The translations under genes and the position numbers were made by a program. Positions 20,669 to 25,074 of a DNA stretch of 25,074 nucleotides are shown here, one piece after another. Every line of letters begins with the position of its first letter. Within the stretch, counting starts at the first letter, position 1. This DNA is from Thecamonas trahens ATCC 50062. Lineage: Eukaryota; Protista; Apusomonadida. Location: the NCBI RefSeq assembly GCF_000142905.1, contig NW_013657631.1:290301-315374 (forward strand), written 5' to 3'. The notes beneath the pieces are model-generated. The model searched no databases. It had not been told where the DNA came from and saw only the letters and a program-made list of their open reading frames with translations.

Positions 20669-21523
20669 TCACCAACAGATTATCATGGGGGTGGAAATGT
20701 TGTGCCGTTGAACACTACACTCACCGTCCTCGCTCACCCTCGCAGACCACGCCCTACAGCAGCCACCGCTACGCGAGGGCGGTACAGATGGTAGACCAAC
20801 TGATGTACATGCCATGTGCGTCGTTCTCGTGGCGGCAGACCGCGTGTAGCGTGTTTCATGCCCGCGGTAGGGGGGTTGAAGGCCGGCCGGTGGTTGATGG
20901 CCATCGATCGGCAGGCGGGCCAAGGGTGGGGTAGGGGCTGGCCAATGAGGTAGGGCGAGGGTGGGGTGGCCATGGAGGGAAGGGGATTGGATGAAGAGAG
21001 AGCCCAGCTGGTGTGCGTGCCATGTTTGCTGTTGTTGTGGTAGCAGGACCCCCGTGGCGTGCTTCATGTCCGCGGTAAGGGGGTTGACGTCACCCTGGGC
21101 GAGAAGGAGGCGGACGATGGCCTCGTGGCCGGCCTTGCAGGCGTGGTACAGCGGGAAGCCGTCTTTGACATCGACGTTCGGCACATCCAGCATACACTCG
21201 ACAAGGCGGACAGAGCCGACACCGACGGCCCGCACAAGGACCCGCGACGCCTTCGGCGCACCGAAAGTCCTCACCCAGAGAGCAGTCCCCGCCCGGAAAG
21301 CGCACACCGCCCCGTCCCAGAGACCTTTCGCGACGCACGCGTCGAAGCCGAGGAGCGCATGCCCGTGGGCGGCAGACCAGCGTGTGCCGAGGAGGGCGGC
21401 GTTGAGGGCTTTGCAGGTGAGGGCGAGGTTGAGGTACGAGGTCGCGGCCTCCTGGGCAGTGGCCACCTCGGCGAGCTTGTCCGCAATGCAAATGACGAGT
21501 TCGGGGGCGAGGCAGGTGATCAT
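20669..21523 (-). CDS. F-box-like plus ankyrin-repeat protein, C-terminus probably truncated or degenerate
   Basis: MITCLAPELVICIADKL...YLNLALTCK (F-box-like), VLVRAVGVGSVRLVECML, and FPLYHACKAGHEAIVRLLLAQGDVNP (ankyrin). Below ~21085 the frame runs into repeat B and low-complexity sequence. Confidence 0.65.
   Translation of the reverse strand: MITCLAPELVICIADKLAEVATAQEAATSYLNLALTCKALNAALLGTRWSAAHGHALLGFDACVAKGLWDGAVCAFRAGTALWVRTFGAPKASRVLVRAVGVGSVRLVECMLDVPNVDVKDGFPLYHACKAGHEAIVRLLLAQGDVNPLTADMKHATGVLLPQQQQTWHAHQLGSLFIQSPSLHGHPTLALPHWPAPTPPLARLPIDGHQPPAGLQPPYRGHETRYTRSAATRTTHMACTSVGLPSVPPSRSGGCCRAWSARVSEDGECSVQRHNISTPMIICW
20742..20885 (+). repeat. Repeat family B, copy 2 (a third, more diverged partial copy at ~21010-21088)
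   Basis: Similar to 17979-18122. The third copy retains TTCATG.CCGCGGTA.GGGGTTGA. Confidence 0.7.
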
Positions 21524-21572
21524 GTCCAGGTAGGTGGTAGAGGAGGTAGAGGAGAGGAGGGTATGTCGCCAG

Positions 21573-21610
21573 TGGCCCCGGCCCCGGCCCCGGCCCCGGA
21601 CCCGGCCCGA
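21573..21610 (-). repeat. (GGGGCC)x4 hexamer repeat plus degenerate units in a bidirectional promoter region
   Basis: The + strand reads GGCCCCGGCCCCGGCCCCGGCCCCGGACCCGGCCCGA. Confidence 0.85.
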
Positions 21611-21656
21611 CTCCGACTCGCCACACTCGCGGCTGGCCATTCGTCTCAAACAGGCC

Positions 21657-21983
21657 ATGCTTGCTGCTATTGTTGGGGCATTGGGGACAGCGGCAAAGGT
21701 AGCAACGGCGGCGCCGTTGCCGGCAAAGGTCTTTCTCGGTACGGCGGCGGCAGCGGGCGTTGGGGTCCCTTTCGCACTCGCTATGGCTGGGTTCGGAACA
21801 GCGGGTGTGACGGCAGGCTCTACAGCCGCCGGGGTACAGGCAGGGATCGGCAACGTTGTGGGAGGGTCGTTGTTTGCTACCTTCCAGTCGGTGGGCGCTG
21901 CCGGCCTCGCGAAATCGACTGTATTGGCCGTTGCAAGCGGCGCAACCGCCTTATTCTCTACTATCACCGCGTACAAGTCATGA
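21657..21983 (+). CDS. IFI6/IFI27-like (ISG12 motif, Ifi-6-16 family) small hydrophobic protein, 108 aa
   Basis: AGFGTAGVTAGSTAAGVQAGIGNVVGGSLFATFQSVGAAG matches the ISG12 motif GFxxxGIxAGSxAA...GxVxxGSxxAxLQSxGAxG. The ATG has GCCATG context. Confidence 0.9.
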   Translation: MLAAIVGALGTAAKVATAAPLPAKVFLGTAAAAGVGVPFALAMAGFGTAGVTAGSTAAGVQAGIGNVVGGSLFATFQSVGAAGLAKSTVLAVASGATALFSTITAYKS

Positions 21984-22129
21984 ACATCGTTAATCTTTGG
22001 CCATGCTCGCTTAGCGCGCGGCATTCTGGCAGAGGCGAGCGCGGCAGGTGGACAGTCTACGGCGTGGATCACTGTCGTGCACGATGCGCTCCTCTCGGCA
22101 GGCTTGATCCATGTGCGTATCGGGGCATG

Positions 22130-23010
22130 TCGAGTGAATGGTTATGATTGCAGCGGTGGTGAGTATGTATGGTATGGATGTGGTGGTTGTGAGTGCAGAT
22201 GGTCGGGAGTGGGGGTCGGAGATGGGCCCGGGGAGGAGGGGTGAGCAGCATCGAAACGACACCAGGACAACAAGTTGGGCCTCAGGTGGTAGAACTCGGA
22301 TTCCGGAATACTGCAGCTGTGGATTGGAAACTGTGCACGGCGGTAGTGTGTGTATGTAGTAGAGTAGTAGTGAAATCAGATTGGGTATAGCTGGTGATGA
22401 GTGTGGTGGGGGCATGTGCGGGGTCGAGCGGTCGAGGGCGTGCTCAACCACCTAGGTAAAACAAGTCTACGCGCAAGGGAGCCGAGGTCGATGGGTATCG
22501 CTGATAGCGATATTGGTACTGGTGATAGTGTGGGTGTGTGATGACATTGGGTGAGGTCGTGGGTTGCGTAGCTGATAGTGGGAAGGAGCTAGGTGGTGAT
22601 GAAGGTGGGGCTGATCGGGCGAGCGGGCGGTGGCTGGCGGCTGGTGGTCGGCGAGGCAGGGGCAGCAGAGGAAGCTGGGTCGGGGATGGTTGACTTGGGA
22701 ATGCTGTTGGTTAGTGGATGGGCAGTGTGGCTGGTGATAGTTGAGCGGATGGCGGTGTCGAGGTCAGGGATGAGGATGGGAGTGAGTTGGAGCGAGGAGG
22801 GGAGGAGGAGGAAGAAGAGGAGGAAGCAGAGTGCGCGATGGGATGGTGGTAGGCATGGCCAAGGCATGGGGGTAGTAGTTGTGGCTGGAATGATAGTGAT
22901 GGCGGTGGAGTATGCGGTGGGAGTGGTGGTTGATGGTGATGGGGCGTATGAGTACGGTAGGGGGGGATGAGTGGGGTCGTGACGTGGTTGGCGGGATTGG
23001 CGAAGAGGTG
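22130..23010 (+). repeat. Repeat family A, copy 2 (5' extension plus core)
   Basis: 22130-22478 is colinear with 24080-24427; the rest is colinear with 16901 onward. Confidence 0.9.
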
Positions 23011-23029
23011 ATGAGACTGCCATAGGTGA

Positions 23030-23625
23030 GAGGTGAGTGATGACCAGTAGTGTGGTCGCGGGATGTGTAGCTGGCAGTGGGTGGGAGCTACGTGGTGATG
23101 AAGGTGGGGCTGATCGGGCGAGCGGGCGACGGCTGGGCGGCTGGTGGTCGGCGAGGCAGGGCAGCAGAGGAAGCTGGGTCGGGGATGGTTGACTTGGGAA
23201 TGCTGTTGGTTAGTGGATGGGCAGTGTGGCTGGTGATAGTTGAGCGGATGGCGGTGTCGAGGTCAGGGATGAGGATGGGAGTGAGTTGGAGCGAGGAGGG
23301 GAGGAGGAGGAAGAAGAGGAGGAAGCAGAGTGCGCGATGGGATGGTGGTAGGCATGGCCAAGGCATGGGGGTAGTAGTTGTGGCTGGAATGATAGTGATG
23401 GCGGTGGAGTATGCGGTGGGAGTGGTGGTTGATGGTGATGGGGCGTAATGAGTACGGTAGGGGGGGATGAGTGGGGTCGTGACGTGGATGGCGGGATTGG
23501 CGAAGAGGTGGTGGGTATGGAGATTGCAGTGGAGGATTGATGTGGATGGATAAGATGAGGCTGATGGGTGTGTGTGGGGTGTGGTTGATGAGGGTGGAGG
23601 GGCTTGGGCGGCAGGGGCGAGGAGG
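23030..23625 (+). repeat. Repeat family A, copy 3 (tandem with copy 2, ~500-bp offset)
   Basis: 23092-23510 is nearly identical to 22593-23010. Confidence 0.9.
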
Positions 23626-24079
23626 ACGGACGGGATTGGATTGAGATGGACGTCGATGGAGACGAGGGCTTGGGCTTGGGGGGAGGCAGACCACTGCACT
23701 CTAGCCCGCCACTGCATTGCCTATCGATTGCCCTTGCCCTCTCTTGTTATTCCTTGTCTTGGCCAGCCCGGTGGCTTCGTCGTCTGGCACGGTGATCGGC
23801 AGCAGGGGCGGCTGGCGATGAGCTGGCCGGCGGGGACTGTGATGGGCAAGGCCGGTGGATGGAGGGGAGGATTGGGTTGGACGGCAGACTGGTAGTCATT
23901 GCCATTGATGTGGCTATCTCTCTGCATCGTCTCCAATGCCCTGTCGATGGCTAGCCTGCTCTAGGTGGTGCCGGCGGTGGTCGGTCGGCGGCGGGCGGCG
24001 GTCGGCGGCGAGCAGCAGGCGGCCGGCAGCGATGCTGTTGACGGGATGGCGTCGGCTGATGTGAATATCGGCGGGCAGG

Positions 24080-25074
24080 AAGTGGGTGGATATGTTTGCA
24101 GGGGTAGTGAGTGTGTGTGGTGTATGTGTGGTGGTTGTGGGTGGAGATGGTCGGGAGTGGGGGTCGGAGATGGGCCCGGGGCAGGGGGGTCAGCACCTTC
24201 GAAGGGACACAGGGCCAACAACTTGGGCCCGAGCCGGCGGAACTCGGATTCCGGAATACTGCAGCTATGAATTGGAGACTGAGCATGGGGGTAGTGTGTG
24301 TATGTAATAGGGTAGTAGTGAAATCAGATTGGCCATATCTTGCAATGAGTGTGGTGGGGGTTGTGTGCGGGGTGGGGCGGTCGAGGACGTGCTCAACCAC
24401 CTACGGCAAACAAGTCGACGCGGAAATGAGCCGAGGTCAATGGGTATGGATGACAGCGATATTGGTACTGAAGCTAGTTAAGAACGAGTGATGACCTTGG
24501 GTGTGGTCGCGGGTTGCGTAGCTGATGGTGGGAGGGAGCTAGGTGGTGATGAGGGTCGGCTCATCGGGCGAGCGGGCGACGGCTGGTGGCTGGTGGTCGG
24601 CGAGGCGGGGGCAGCTGATGCAGCACGGTCGGGGCTGGGTGGCTTGAGATTGCTGTTGGTTGGAGATTGGGCAGTCTGACTTGTGATGGTTGAGGGGTAT
24701 GGGTGTCAGGTTCGGGGATGGGGATGGGGGTGAGATGGAGCGAGGAGGGGAGGCGGAGGAGGAAGAGGAAGCGGGGTGCGCGATGGAATGGTGGTGGGCA
24801 TGGCCAAGGCAAAGTGGTGGTGGTTGTGGCTGGCATGATAGTGATGGTGGTGGGGTAGGGGGTGGGGGTGGTCGTTTGTGGTGACGGGTGGTAATGAGTA
24901 TGGTAGGGGGGGATGAGGGGGGTCGTGACGTGGGGTCGTGACGGGCGAAATGGTGGTAGGTATGGTGATTGGGCTTGAGCATTGATGAACATGGGTATGA
25001 TGAGACTAAAAGATGTGTGTGGAGTGTAGGCGATAGGGGCGGCGGGTACTTGGCCGGCAGAGGGAAGGCGGCGG
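24080..25074 (+). repeat. Repeat family A, copy 4 (longest; continues past the window edge)
   Basis: Contains the 5' extension and core, and ends with GGTACTTGGCCGGCAG as at 17525-17540. Confidence 0.9.

Noticed and set aside
21573-21597. C9orf72-type GGGGCC repeat as a finding in its own right
   Set aside because: Only four units in a GC-rich genome. Kept only as a possible G-quadruplex in the divergent promoter.
22292-22312. tRNA B-box/SINE interpretation of CTCGGATTCC
   Set aside because: It deviates from GTTCRANNC, and no A box or cloverleaf is evident.
22593-23448. Duplicated ~125-aa ORFs (MKVGLIGRAG...) in repeat A
   Set aside because: The frame is not preserved in copies 1 and 4, and indels disrupt it even between the near-identical copies.
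16590-25074. CRISPR-like or integron-like interpretation of the repeats
   Set aside because: Units are hundreds of bp long, diverged and irregularly spaced. There is no cas, integrase or transposase gene in the window, and the context is eukaryotic.

Overview
This is a GC-rich, gene-dense, intron-poor eukaryotic draft contig with three N gaps (2099-2445, 12401-12500, 17794-17913). Its style resembles an apusomonad such as Thecamonas, which is an inference only. The left ~13.5 kb is a tight run of conserved genes: a NERD1/At3g51050-like FG-GAP protein running off the left edge, Rap1 GTPase, type-B carboxylesterase, dcd1-like C45/Ntn hydrolase, PQ-loop transporter, a Stc1-like zinc-finger protein with a CaaX box, a DMT-like membrane protein, and an SH3-SH3-coiled-coil-PB1 scaffold. 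The right ~11.5 kb looks accessory: an ankyrin protein, decayed gene remnants, a PQQ-type beta-propeller, two orphan secreted/membrane proteins, and an F-box-like/ankyrin gene head-to-head with an IFI6/IFI27 (ISG12)-like gene. These genes are interleaved with five same-orientation copies of a diverged non-coding repeat (up to ~1 kb) that keeps short conserved, partly palindromic cores. Nearly all non-coding DNA is G(T)-rich on the + strand regardless of gene direction. Four genes need one extra base to restore their reading frame.
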